Of a DNA stretch of 13,037 nucleotides, positions 1-10,480 are shown one piece after another. The notes beneath the pieces were generated by a model. It made no database searches. It saw only the letters and a program-made list of their open reading frames with translations, and was not told the origin of the DNA. How positions within the stretch are numbered: the stretch's first letter is position 1; every line of letters begins with the position of its first letter. The stretch comes from Paraspadella gotoi. Its lineage: Eukaryota; Animalia; Chaetognatha. The DNA lies in NCBI GenBank assembly GCA_051294375.1, contig JBJCIZ010000240.1:68628-81664 (forward strand). Reading direction: 5' to 3'. A program made the translations under genes and the position numbers.

Positions 1-373
1 CAAACGTAATCCATTAGTCTGGGACTGGCTGGATAGCGAGGCTGTGTCGATTTTATTTTATGCGATTCTCCTTTACTATGAATTCATTAAGTAGTGGTTC
101 AAGCTGTCTAGCGAGACTGTATTATATCGCCTAAATGATACCCACCATCCCCTCCTTCAACGACCCCGGTCTACCCCTTTCCCTCCCCAAAAAAATTTTT
201 TTTCCCGAATTCGCTCATAACTCAAACGATTTTTTTGGGTCGAAACCGAAATCCAACTCAAAACTTCATCTTTCATCCTGGGATCTTTTTTCTTTTTTTT
301 TTCTTTACCTCTTTCCTATTTTGTTTTTAATCTCCTTTCCTAGAAGCCCGGGTTCACCGTTTGGACACTTAGT

Positions 374-1729
374 TGTCGGTTAAAGTCACGGAGTCTTTAT
401 TAACTTGTTCTATTTACTATTACTGCGGTTGCACCAGTTTTAGTTTCATTGATTCAGTCCACACATGATAATATGAATAGGATATACTATTCTAAGCTAA
501 TAAGCGGTTATATATAGTTTCCTAAACCCTTATTCCAGGCTAACCTGGTTGAAAGAAAGTTTCCCCTCAAGGCCCTTATTTCAGGTTCCTAGCCCAGGGC
601 GTACACTGGGTATCTCAGCAATTCCCTGTCCCTAGCCTAACCAAATCTCTATTCTAAGCTGGTCTCCTTATCGGTAAGCACACACAATGATATTATTTAC
701 TTAATAATCTACTTTCATTACTTCATCCAATCTAGCCAGCAACCACAATTAATTACACAAAAAATATTTAGAAAGAGGAAAAACCAGGAATTAGTGTACT
801 TAATATAATTATTACAGGTTTTTCCCATTAAGGTTTGGGTTTATACACTCTGTATTATGTTTACACTACTTTTTACTAAGTAGAGTAAACCACCATAGTA
901 CTTGGTACTATTCTTGCCAATTATTATTAGGTAACCTTTATAAATGTTACTATTTTACTTCCAGTAAACAAACACATAACCCAAAATATTTACTTCAGCC
1001 TTTTAGAAGAAGTGTTATGCTTCCAACAGAGTCTTGAAAATGAGGCACTGTCCTTCTCAAGCAAAGCTCCCTCCTTTTATAGGCCCTTCTTGAAGTCTCG
1101 TTCTTTAGCTATTCATATCATAAGTTAATTAAAATTAACTATATTCCGCTTTTCGATAATCTTACGGGGACTGTACTTGAAACTATTTCCATTCTCCCTG
1201 CTCACTGAACTTCTTACGCTACTACTCTGATTCATCTAATTCTAATTCTCAAAAGATTCCCTTCTTACGCCTCAATAATTTATACATGAATTCTTATTGG
1301 ATAACCTTTGATGCCTCTGCTTTCTGATTGGTTTTATTTAACTAAGGGTTAAAGGAGAAGCTCCTCACTTTTCCTGTTTAAGTATCTCACTTGAAACCTT
1401 ACAAAATTTAGCTTTCTTTCGTTCCTGATTAGTTTAGAAAAATCTCAAGCTTCGTATTTTTCAACCAATCCTTATCAATTCTTTTTATTCTTATATCTCT
1501 AACGTTAATTTCCCGCTCACTGATTCGTCAATCTAACCTATTTTTTTGTTATGATTGGGCCTGTTAGCCAATTTTAATAACCCAATTATACTTAATCTTC
1601 CGGCTTAAAATATTTTTTTCTTCCGTCAGCTTTATTTTTATATATTATATATTAACCAAACCATTTATGATTTTAAGTAATTAATATATATAATTTAATT
1701 TTATTAAAGCGTTCCTCTATTCTTTTACA
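374..1729 (-). mobile_element. LTR-like segment (solo or orphan LTR of an LTR retrotransposon)
   Basis: Bounded by TGT (374-376) and ACA (1727-1729). On the minus strand the order is CCAAT-box cluster (ATTGG at 1296, 1327, 1554; CCAAT at 1465, 1568), then TATAAAA (1081-1075), then AATAAA (401-396) about 22 nt from the end. Short internal duplications are present (CCCTTATTYCAGG at ~527 and ~573; CTATTCTAAGCT at ~487 and ~648). The AT-rich complex composition differs from the SSR-rich flanks. No clean TSD (TAGT vs AAGT), PBS, PPT or gag/pol seen. Confidence 0.5.
1075..1081 (-). promoter_or_regulatory. TATA box (TATAAAA) of the putative LTR promoter
   Basis: TTTTATA on +, i.e. CC-TATAAAA-GGAGGG on minus, downstream of several CCAAT boxes in the minus orientation. 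Confidence 0.4.
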
Positions 1730-1839
1730 AAGTTATACGATAACTGAAAGAAAATTGACACAGATTATATAACTGCTTATATATCCATGTATAATGTAAA
1801 ATAATCAAAATCATGCTCATACAATTTTCTATAACACCT

Positions 1840-2810
1840 CTTCCTCCTTTTTTCTTTTCTCTTTCTTCTTCTTCCTCTCTATTCTTCCTCCCCTTTCCTC
1901 CTTCTTCCTCCCTCTCTCTCCCTTTCACTTCCCCGTTCTCTCTCTCTCTTAATTTTTTACATTGTTTATCCCTCTTTCTCTTTTTTTCCTCTCTTCTCCT
2001 ACTCGTTCCTCCCTTCTTTCTTTCAGTCTCGCTTTAACCTTCTTACTGTATTTTTATTGTCTAATTCTCTCTATTCCATTTTTAATTTCTCCTTTTATTT
2101 CTACTTCCCCTTTTTTATCCCTTTTCCTCCCTCTTTCTCTCTTTTCCTTTATCTTCATACAGCTCTTTCTCTTTAATTCTTTTGTCTCCTTCCTTCTTCC
2201 TCCCTTTTCCTCCCTCTTCCTTCCTTTTTATCTCTATTCTTCTTTGTCCTTGTATCTTTCTTTTTCTAATCCTCTTTTTTCTTTCGTTTTTCTTCGTCTT
2301 TTTATTTCTCTTCCACTTCCTCCTTTTTTTATCGTTTTTTTNNNNNNNNNNNNNNNNNNNNNNNNNTCTTAAACTTTTTCCATTTTTTTATGATCCTTTA
2401 TTCCCATATCCCTTTTCAGTCTAACCCTACGTTTCCTTTATCTCGTCTACGAGAGTCAAAGGGCGTCCTCAGTCTCTCTCTTCTCTCTGCTCTTCTCATC
2501 TCTCTTCTCTCTCTGCTCTCTCTCTCTCTTCTCTCGTCGTCTCTCTCTCTCTGCTCTCTCTCCTACTCTATCGTCCTCTCTCTCTCAAGTCGCGTTTTTT
2601 TATCACATTTTCCTGAAAGCGAAGCCAAACATCCCATGCCCGAAAATAATTCAGCACATTTTCTGCTCTGTGCGAGTCGCATCTTTCTATTCCTCAATTC
2701 TCTCCTCGTCCTCTCTCTCTCATCATCCTCTGTCTCTCTCTGCTCTCTCTCTCTCCACTCTCTCTCTCTCTCTTTTTCTCCTCCTCTCTCCTCCATCCCT
2801 CTTTCTGGAC
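1840..2810. repeat. Polypyrimidine low-complexity tract with (CT)n microsatellites
   Basis: Almost entirely C/T on the + strand, with (CT)n runs at about 2473-2590 and 2700-2800. Confidence 0.9.
2342..2366. other. Assembly gap (25 N)
   Basis: Run of exactly 25 N. Confidence 1.
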
Positions 2811-4227
2811 ACTATGATTTAAATGACCGCCCGAACCATGGGAGCGTGCCTGCACCGAGACTTCCCCGCCGTGAAGGGTCATTTTCCGCCGACTTATTTT
2901 CCGGTTGGGCAGACGAATAACGTACGCCGGCTGCGATCAGAGAGAGAGAAGACGCGCGACGGACACGCGTCACGCGAACAGCGGTGCGAGATGAAATATG
3001 TCTTGATATTGATTCCGGGGGCATAAGAATTTTAGAATGACGATATAGAATATACCAATGACCGCGCAACGATAGCGAAATGCTCGAATGTGGTGAACCC
3101 TGGAGGATTATAAGCTTTTTAAACGGAGAGCCTGTCCTTTGGCCACCAAACTACAACGTTCTCGGCCTTTTTTTTTTTCATCAGAAAACGATCTATTCAA
3201 TTGATCATTTAAAAGCGTATCGCTTATTTGGAGTCCATTATCTGCTCATGCTGTTAGAGCATTTACGAAGATTCTCTAGATTAGATGTCATAGGCCGTTG
3301 CCAATCTCTGTAGTCTTCGTTGCCTCAAGAATACACACCACAGAAGCCAGAAAAAATCCCACATTCCTCTATTGCGTCCTCACTTCTCATTTCGACAATG
3401 CACGTTTCCCCTTCCACATTTAGTTTCTTACTTACATTGAGCACTTCCAGTCCTCTCTCTCCATGATTTATTCCATCATCTCAATTGGGTGAAAACGGCC
3501 TCATTTGCTTAGTCCTCAAATCCTATTTCCTGTAGCGCACGTCAATGACCAACTCTCACCTATCTCCTTTTGTGTTTCCAATTTCGCTTACCAATTCCCA
3601 TTTGCCTCCTTTTCCAAGACGCGTATTCACAATATTACCTTTCCAATGTCCTTTTTTTCTTCCCAGTTTAGAAAGCTTTAAAAGTATCTAGAAGAAAGCC
3701 CCCATCTCTTCCGCCTTCCGCTGCCCATCATCGAATTCCCTCACCTTTTTCCCGAACAGCTTTACCCCGATCCTCGACTCGAACTTCCTACCTTCTCTAG
3801 ACTGTCTTTCAGGCCCTTAACACTTTCCATACTACCACTCCCCTTCTTTCGAATTCAACATCTTGGTTCCCTCCAATAGTCCTTATCATTCTGTGTTGGC
3901 ATTTAATTTCCTTCTTTTTTGTACCTTACTCAGCTCTCCTTTTGCTACCCTTACCCTTTTGGTGCCTCAACGTCACCATTGTCCCGCCCCTCGTCTCCAC
4001 CATCCTTCTTATTTCCCCCCTTCACATTTCCTACCTTCCTTACCCCCTCTCCCCTCAACGCGCTCAGCGGTGCGCCACCATCTTTTCTGCATGCATTTTC
4101 CCGACGATCAGAATGGGAAACTGCTCTGCTCGCATCATCTGCCTTCTGTCACGTGCACATTCCCCTATCAAAGACTACGATCCCGGCGCCATGAGGACAG
4201 AATGCGAAGGACATGCTCGACGACGGA

Positions 4228-4257
<30 letters not shown>
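4228..4257 (+). repeat. (GAC)10 microsatellite
   Basis: Perfect GAC x10, with degenerate GAC units on both sides. Confidence 0.95.
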
Positions 4258-4258
<1 letters not shown>

Positions 4259-5020
4259 TGACTGCAGACGCAACCTCACGCCACAAACTAACTAGTTTCG
4301 ACGACGACGAACTGCACCGTACCGCCACGACGACGCAAAATGTTTATGTATCGGTAGACTTTCCTTCGACACGAAACTAATTGACCGACGATAACGACGA
4401 GTCCGTGCCTCTACGGAAGGTTCATTATCTGCTCGTTCGTAAGCTGTCCCATTGCCGTGGCCAGATTTGCCAAAAAACGCCGCCGTATAAAAATGTTCAT
4501 GTATTCCGATTCTCACTTGATTTTCTCTCCTACATTCTCTCTCTACAATCTTCCTCTTTACTCCTGTCTCTACCTCTCTCTGCCTCTGCTCTCTCTCTCT
4601 CTCTCTCTTCTCTCTCATCGTCTCTCTCGCAGTGCCATCTATGCACGAATCTGCATCAACACTGATCGCAAGTGATCTCTGACTGTAGAGAGCGAAAATT
4701 CCACTCACGAGATCATTGATGCCGCGATCGTTTTGAGCGTACTTGCACAAAGAGAAAATGCACATGGGAAGTTGCTTGATTGCCTATTACTAGGAATTTA
4801 AGTGTGGGAGCCTGTGTCATTCCAGAATTCATACAATCAAGATCTTCGTCCCTTTCTATTTCTTGGCACAATTACCACCACCTAGCATCCTCTCTACATT
4901 ACTCTCTTCTTCTCTTACATACAGTCCTCTCTTCTCTCTCTCTCTCTCTTGTATATATTGCCTCAATCTCTCTTATCCTCTCCTGTGCTACCTCTCTCTC
5001 TCTCTCTCTCTACTATCTCG

Positions 5021-5028
5021 ATTTGCAT
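5021..5028 (+). promoter_or_regulatory. Octamer (POU) motif ATTTGCAT
   Basis: Perfect octamer, also present in the copy at 12936-12943. Motif match only; function not shown. Confidence 0.3.
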
Positions 5029-5271
5029 AACGAGAATCGGAAAGCTTCTTGTACGTACTGTACTCAGTGAATGCGAACGCTTTGGCGATGTTTTGTTTTT
5101 ACTTTTCGAATTACTTACGTGGACTTAATTTATACCAAAGTGCTAAAAATATAGCGTTCGATACTCTCCATGTTTTCTGTGAAGCTCGGCCAATCATAGA
5201 TCTTTATTTTCGGCGACGCCAGTCTTCCTTTTTTTTTCTCGAGCAGGCGAGCTTTGGTCTCACCTGCACGG

Positions 5272-5510
5272 AGAAGATAAGAAGAGAAAAAAGAAAGAAA
5301 GAAAAGAAAGAGAAAGAAGAGAAAAGAAAGAAAGAAGAAGAAAGAAAGAGAAAAGAAAAAAATAGGAAAGAAACAGATAAGAAAGATTAGGAAAGGCATC
5401 AAAAAGAAAGAAGAAAAAAAAGAAAAAAGAAGAAAGAAGGAGAAAGAACAAGAAGATTAGGCGAAAGAGAAAGAGATAGAGAGACTTCCGAAGGATAATG
5501 AGAAGAGAGT
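5272..5510. repeat. Polypurine (A/G) low-complexity tract
   Basis: GAAA/AAGA-type degenerate repeat; its inverted counterpart is the polypyrimidine tract at about 12085-12340. Confidence 0.9.
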
Positions 5511-5569
5511 CTCTTCTTTTCAACGGTGACACCCCGTAAAAACACGAAATCTAAGATCAACCTTCTTTC

Positions 5570-5577
5570 ATTTGCAT
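5570..5577 (+). promoter_or_regulatory. Second octamer motif ATTTGCAT
   Basis: Perfect octamer, retained as ATGCAAAT at 12036-12043 where it overlaps the palindrome TTGCATATGCAA (12030-12041). Confidence 0.3.
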
Positions 5578-6364
5578 ATCAAGAGTTAAATGACCCGCTG
5601 AGCGAGAAAACCGCCTCTTCACTATTACAAGGGGCCTTTTTTGCCGCCGCTTCCGCCCTTCCTGCCTCGACTAGCCCGCCCTCCAGCCCTCTTCTTCTAT
5701 TAACCACCCCCAACGCTTCTCGATCTACCGCCCCCGTCGCCTCCGAAGGCTACAAAAATGCCGCCGAGAGACCGCAACGATGAAAACAAAAAAAGCGGCC
5801 CGTTGTGGCTAAAGAAAACACAACAAACAAAAGTAAAAATACAAAAACACAAACAAAAAAACACACACAAACTATAATATTTCTGCTAATTTCTCTATTA
5901 ACTTAAACGTTATTTTCCCTTAAATATTCTTTTAATATTTTTTTTCTAGTCTCGGCCTATCTTTACCTCTTCTCTTTAATACTTTTTGTCTCATCAGCTT
6001 TATTTTTTTTCTGTTCTATCTATTCCTCTTCTAGTCCCTTTTTCTTCTCTATTCTATCTATTCTCTTTAGTTCCTTTTTAACTTCTCATCCATTTCATTT
6101 ATTTTCTATTTCTTTTCGTCTTCTGCCTCTTACTCCTCTTTTGTTTCTCCATCTCTCTCTATTTCTTCTCTCTCTCTCTCCCACCCTCTCTGCTTTGCAT
6201 TCCTCCGGAGGATTTCTCGGGAGTCCTTCGTTGTGAATTCTTCCTCCATCCCTTCTTCTTTCCCTCTCTCTCTCTCCCTCTTTCTTCCTCTCCCTCTCCC
6301 TCTTCTCTCCTCTCCGTTCTCTCTCCTCCCACTCACTCTCATTCTTTCTCGTCCCCTCCCCAAA

Positions 6365-6385
6365 GGGTCAAGGTCACGTGACGTG
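6365..6385 (+). promoter_or_regulatory. Composite nuclear-receptor half-site / E-box / CRE-half motif
   Basis: GGGTCAAGGTCACGTGACGTG contains TCAAGGTCA (NR5A/ERR-type site), palindromic GTCACGTGAC (extended E-box) and TGACG. The CACGTGACGTG core is retained in the inverted copy at ~11177-11187. Confidence 0.3.
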
Positions 6386-7106
6386 TTTTTGATTCGATTT
6401 TGATTTCTGTCAATTCGTTTGACAGTCTCTCTCTCTCTCTCTTCTCATCGTCTCTCTCTCTTCTCTTCTCTCCTCTCTCTCTCTCTCTCCTCTTCTCTCT
6501 CTTTCCCCATGACTCAGGAAATAAATCGTTTGGTTGAATTTTTCTGTTTAGTTCATGATAAAACAGGACTTCCAGCACATTTTATTTCAAACTTGCAACA
6601 GTTTTTTAAGACTAAGTGTTTTAAAACATATTATTATCAAATGATAAAATTAACTAAAAAAGAAAGCGTCTTTCACTAAAAATATTCTGAATTTTTACAC
6701 TATTGGCACATAATAATTAATTAAAGACTTTTTAACATCCCGTTTGATCAGTTTTAGCCAAATAACGTTGGGTAATTAAATAAGTGGCAAAGTCATTTGG
6801 TTGCAATAGTATTAATGACGGGACAATGCATCTAGGGTCGATGACATAGGGGTAAACGATGACACAATAACAAAAGGTTTAAGACAAAGGTGATTGACAA
6901 TATTAAATGGTTCAATTATATTATGAGAAGAGTTCTTTCTTGAGTTTTGGGTTTAGACATAGGTAATGCCTTCGCAGTTCTCTTAGCCAATTTTTGACCA
7001 GCAATCCCTCCGTCGGTTCCGTCTGTCGGTCATTGGTCATTTCTAAGTTTGAAGTAAGGTCTGTGATTCGTCGTTATTCTGATGATTCGTCAAGGAGACG
7101 AAGCAA

Positions 7107-7344
7107 TCACATCACTAGGCCAACCAAGTCACGTTTATCGGTCCATTCCGTTTTGATTGTCACCCCCTCTCTTAGGTCGACGAGGGAGCGGTGGGTTTTA
7201 GAACACCAGACGACGTTCTTTGCTGGTGTCCATCTACACATCTCAGGTTGTGTGGTGTGCGAGTAGGCTAACAGTTCCTTGTCCCTGCCGCACATGGCAT
7301 TGTGATAGCCATCTGACAGAGATAATGAATGCGTATACTGTTTT
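7107..7344 (-). pseudogene. Degenerate Penelope-like element GIY-YIG endonuclease C-terminal remnant (frameshifted)
   Basis: One minus frame gives KTVY...HVRQGQGTVSLLAHHTT (HVRQ at 7296 downwards). A second frame continues WTPAKNVVWCSKTHRSLVDLREGVTIKTEWTDKRDLVG. Together these resemble the PLE endonuclease tail pattern H..vR.g...SalaeH...W...k.v.....R..rEa..Ik.....nRD.G. The YIG motif itself is not recognisable; match by eye only. Confidence 0.4.
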
Positions 7345-7516
7345 CTGGATCTTGAGTAAGAACAGCAGTATTGCGTCTTAAATGAGCGTGGGCTCAATTT
7401 TCAGTTCCATTAGTTTTGGGAATATTCCTTTGGAATGTGCGATTTGATAGAGAGAATAAATGGAATTGCTGTTAAAGTTGTGCTGAAAATGCGGTTCTCT
7501 ACCTTTATCTCTCCTC

Positions 7517-7684
7517 TACATTCATGCCCACGTCCATTTCCATGCCCCCTTCCATGTTCTACATGCCCGAACTCATCTCAATGCTTAGGCCCATTGTCAT
7601 GTGCACGTCAATACCAATTTCCATGCCCACCTTTATTCCCATACCCACATTCGATACCACTTACCATGCCCACCTTTATTCCCA
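7517..7684 (+). repeat. Degenerate ~18-bp minisatellite (consensus approx. ATGCCCACCTTTATTTCC)
   Basis: Recurrent CATGCCC units; CCATGCCCACCTTTATTCCCA occurs twice (7621, 7664); translation shows 6-aa periodicity (MPTSIS, MPPSMF, MPTFIP). Runs into the gap. Confidence 0.75.
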
Positions 7685-7709
7685 NNNNNNNNNNNNNNNN
7701 NNNNNNNNN
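7685..7709. other. Assembly gap (25 N)
   Basis: Run of exactly 25 N. Confidence 1.
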
Positions 7710-10054
7710 AAGCAAGAGAGAGATTACTACGAGAACGAGATAAAGGTATTATAGGAGAGAACCATGCACTCGCTCTCAATTACGATTGAGTATTCTCCAG
7801 TAGTTATTTCCCTAGCAGAGGATTTATTGTCTGGATCTGAGATCACTGGTCGTTATCATTTCACATAGACACGGAGTATGATTTTACTTTCCATGATAAG
7901 ATCATAAAGGCATGTTCGGACGCGAGAGCATTATTTAATGTATAACAATTCGTTATCGCTAAATGATTACCCCCTAGCTCTTCAATTACTATTTTTCGCG
8001 TCACGCTTAGCATCAGGACGCCTAGGTTTTTTGCTCGCCTCGGCCATTATAAGTCACGCCCCTCACCTCTTTGCGCTCGCGTCTCTGGTAAATCATTCCC
8101 TCTTTACCTTTGACTCTTTGGTAAGGAGTCGAATATATACCAGATCTTCAACCCTAGATTCGCCACGTACCCCTCCTTCACCGTAGCTCCGGGGCTCTCA
8201 TCCGAGATCCGACAGACAGAGGAGAAAAAAACTGTTTCTGTGTTAGAACTTTTGCTCCTGTGACATAGACTGAAGATCATGCTTGAGCTTGGACTCTTCT
8301 ACTTAGATGCTGGCCCTACCCTGCATGTTGTTATAGTTTGTGCACATGAATAGATCCATGATGATTGAATAGTTTATTCTAACTCTCAGCTCAGGTTGAG
8401 TCTCCGTTCATGCACTTTTGCATCTCACGCGCACTTCTCTTGTGCGGAATCTTTTGTCTTTTATTTTTTCTTTACCTCTTGCCCTTACCTTTTATTCCCT
8501 TTTTTCTTTCTTCTTCTCCCTCTCATATCTTCCTCCCTTTCCTCCTCATTGCCTCCCATCTCTACTCCATTTCACTTCGCCGGTTCTCTCTCCTCTTAAT
8601 TTTTACATTGGTTATCCCTCTATCTCTTTTTATTCCTCTCTTCTCCTACTCGGTATACCTTCGCCCTTCTTTTCTTTCAATCTCGGCTTTAACTCTTCTT
8701 ACTTGGTAATTTATTGGGTCTATATTTCTTCATATTCCAATTTAATTTCTTCCTATTTGATTTCTACTTCCCCTTTTTTTATCTCTTTTTCCTCCTCTTT
8801 CTCTCTTCCTTTATCATTCTATACAGGTGCTTCTCTTAATTTCTTTGTTCCTTCCTTCTTCCTCCCTTTTCCTACCTCTTCCTTCCTTATATAATCTCTA
8901 TTCTTCTATTGTCCTTGTATCTTTCTTTTTCTTAATCTGCTTTTTTTCATTTCGTAATGGATTCTTCGTCGCTATTTTATATCTCTTCACCTACTTTCCT
9001 CCTTTTTGATTTCGTTTTTTTTTGTTCTTAAACTTTTTTTCCAACGCATTTTTAATGTTCTTTAGTTCCCTAATCCCCTTTCTAGAGTCTAACGAACCTC
9101 TATTTCCTTTTATCATCTGATCTACGAAAGTCAAAGGGTCGGTTCTTAGTCTCTCTCTCTCTCTCTTCTCTACTCGGTCTTCTCTCGCCTCTCTCCCGTC
9201 TACTCTCTCCTCTCTCTCTCTTCTCTCTCTCTCATTCTCTCCGTCTAAGTCGGATTTTTTATGTTTATCACTATTCCTCGAAAGCCCAAACATCCCTCCC
9301 CGAAGATGTAATTGTCCGAGGACGAGATGGCATACACGCGGTCTCTGAGCGAGTCGCTCTCTCTCTCTCCGCGTCTTTCTCTAGAGGAGGACAATCGAAC
9401 GAGTCTGAGCTTCATCTACTAGGCTCTCTCCTAGATCTCCTCTCTACTCGATCTCCTAAAGTCTATCGAATCATCTCTGGCTCTCGTCGTCATATCTCCT
9501 CTTGTCATTCTTCTCTCTCTCTATTCTCTTCTCCCTCATCCTTCTTGTTACATCTTAATGACTACCGAAATCATGGGTCGCTTGGCCACCGGAACCTTCC
9601 ACGCCGAAGGTCAATTTATATTCAAGCCGACGTATATTCCGGTTGGTCGACGTAATCGTAATGTCGCGCGCGGAACAAGAGAGAGAGATGCGACAAGGAA
9701 GAGCGCGGCAACGGCGCGGCGGAGATGAAAATGGACTGCTCGATACGGGGGCCAAATTGAAAATAAATAAAGGGAGAGGAAAGGAATGAATGAACCGAGA
9801 CAAGATAGCGGAAAATAGCTCGAATGTGGAGGCCATGGAGGATTGTACATATTGAGATTGCCTACCAATACTTCAACGTTCCTCTGTTTTTTTTATCAGA
9901 ACCGATTATCAACGATTCACTCTTAATATAGTATCTGCGCTATATTGAGTTATCATATGTCATTGTAAGCATTACAAATCGATTCCATTCTGTTTTAATT
10001 CATAGCCGTGGCTTGCATCTCTGTGTCTCTATGTTATTCGTTCAAAATCAATAC

Positions 10055-10480
10055 ATATTTCCATGCCAGCATTTCCATGCCCGCCTTCATGTTCATAATG
10101 AACAGCCCGATCTTCGCTCATGCTTAGGGCCAATTGTCATGGGATGCACGTCAATAACCAGAATTTACATTGCCCAAGCCTTAATTCCCATAAACCAACA
10201 CATTCGATAGCGCACTTTACTCCGGACGCAAGCATTATTTATTCTCGAATGCCACCGTATTATTTCATACGCCTAAACACATCCTACCGTAATTTTCATC
10301 CCCCTATCGCTATCACGCGGAAATGTTTCCATGACACTCCACTTTAATCCCTATGTCCTCAACATTCGCTACCTACATTTCCATGCCCCCGACTTTTTAT
10401 TCCGATGCCCGACTATTCCGCTACCACACATTTCCCATTCTCCCACCTTTTTTCCCGATGCCCACATTCGCTACCTAATT
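10055..10480 (+). repeat. Second, longer array of the ~18-bp CATGCCC minisatellite
   Basis: ATTTCCATGCC units. 10071-10210 aligns with 7537-7655 (ATGCTTAGG, ATTGTCATG, TGCACGTCAATA, CACATTCGATA). Confidence 0.7.

Larger units (their letters stand above)
1840..4460 (+). repeat. Block X, copy 1 of a ~2.6 kb direct duplication
   Basis: Collinear anchors shared with 8470-11108: TTCACTTC..GTTCTCTC (1924/8571), CTACGA.AGTCAAAGGG (2447/9122), TTCCGGTTGG (2899/9637), TTACCCCGATCCTCGA (3762/10592), TTATTTCCCCCCTTCACATTTCCTACCTTCCT (4009/10799), GACAGAATGCGAAG plus (GAC)n (4196/10917), TGACCGACGATAACGACGA (4382/11039). Boundaries are approximate. Confidence 0.9.
4461..6450 (+). repeat. Block Y, copy 1 of a ~1.8-2 kb inverted duplication
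   Basis: Reverse-complement anchors in 11109-12891: ATGCACGAATCTGC (4641/12724), GCATAACGAGAATCG (5025/12528), CATTTGCATAT (5569/12034), AAAAGCGGCCCGT (5791/11804), CTGCTTTGCATTCCTCCGGAGG (6190/11370), TCTCGGGAGTCCTTCGTTGTGAATTC (6215/11340), CACGTGACGTGTTTTTG (6375/11172). Confidence 0.9.

Noticed and set aside
170-290. Sequence reminiscent of a non-autonomous DNA transposon interior (CATAACTCAAACGATTTTTT)
   Set aside because: No terminal inverted repeats or TSD could be found.
346-373. Possible primer-binding site after the LTR (minus strand ACTAAGTGTCCAAACGGTGAACCCGGG)
   Set aside because: It lacks the TGG start and has only vague similarity to tRNA 3' ends.
1725-2920. ORFs rich in S/L/F or R/E/K (also 5049-5532, 6130-6679, 8396-9293, 11036-11443, 12030-13019)
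   Set aside because: They are translations of CT/GA low-complexity tracts that lack stops by composition, and frames are not kept between duplicate copies.
3863-4295. ORFs ending in poly-T or poly-R (also 10762-10974)
   Set aside because: The homopolymers come from the (GAC)n microsatellite and the upstream frames differ between the two copies.
7776-7791. Small hairpin CTCAAT-TACG-ATTGAG
   Set aside because: A 6-bp stem is expected by chance and there is no supporting context.
8113-8143. Hairpin GACTC..GAGTC followed by CCAG, similar to a Helitron 3' end
   Set aside because: Short stem, terminus is not CTRR, and it lies in low-quality sequence near a gap.
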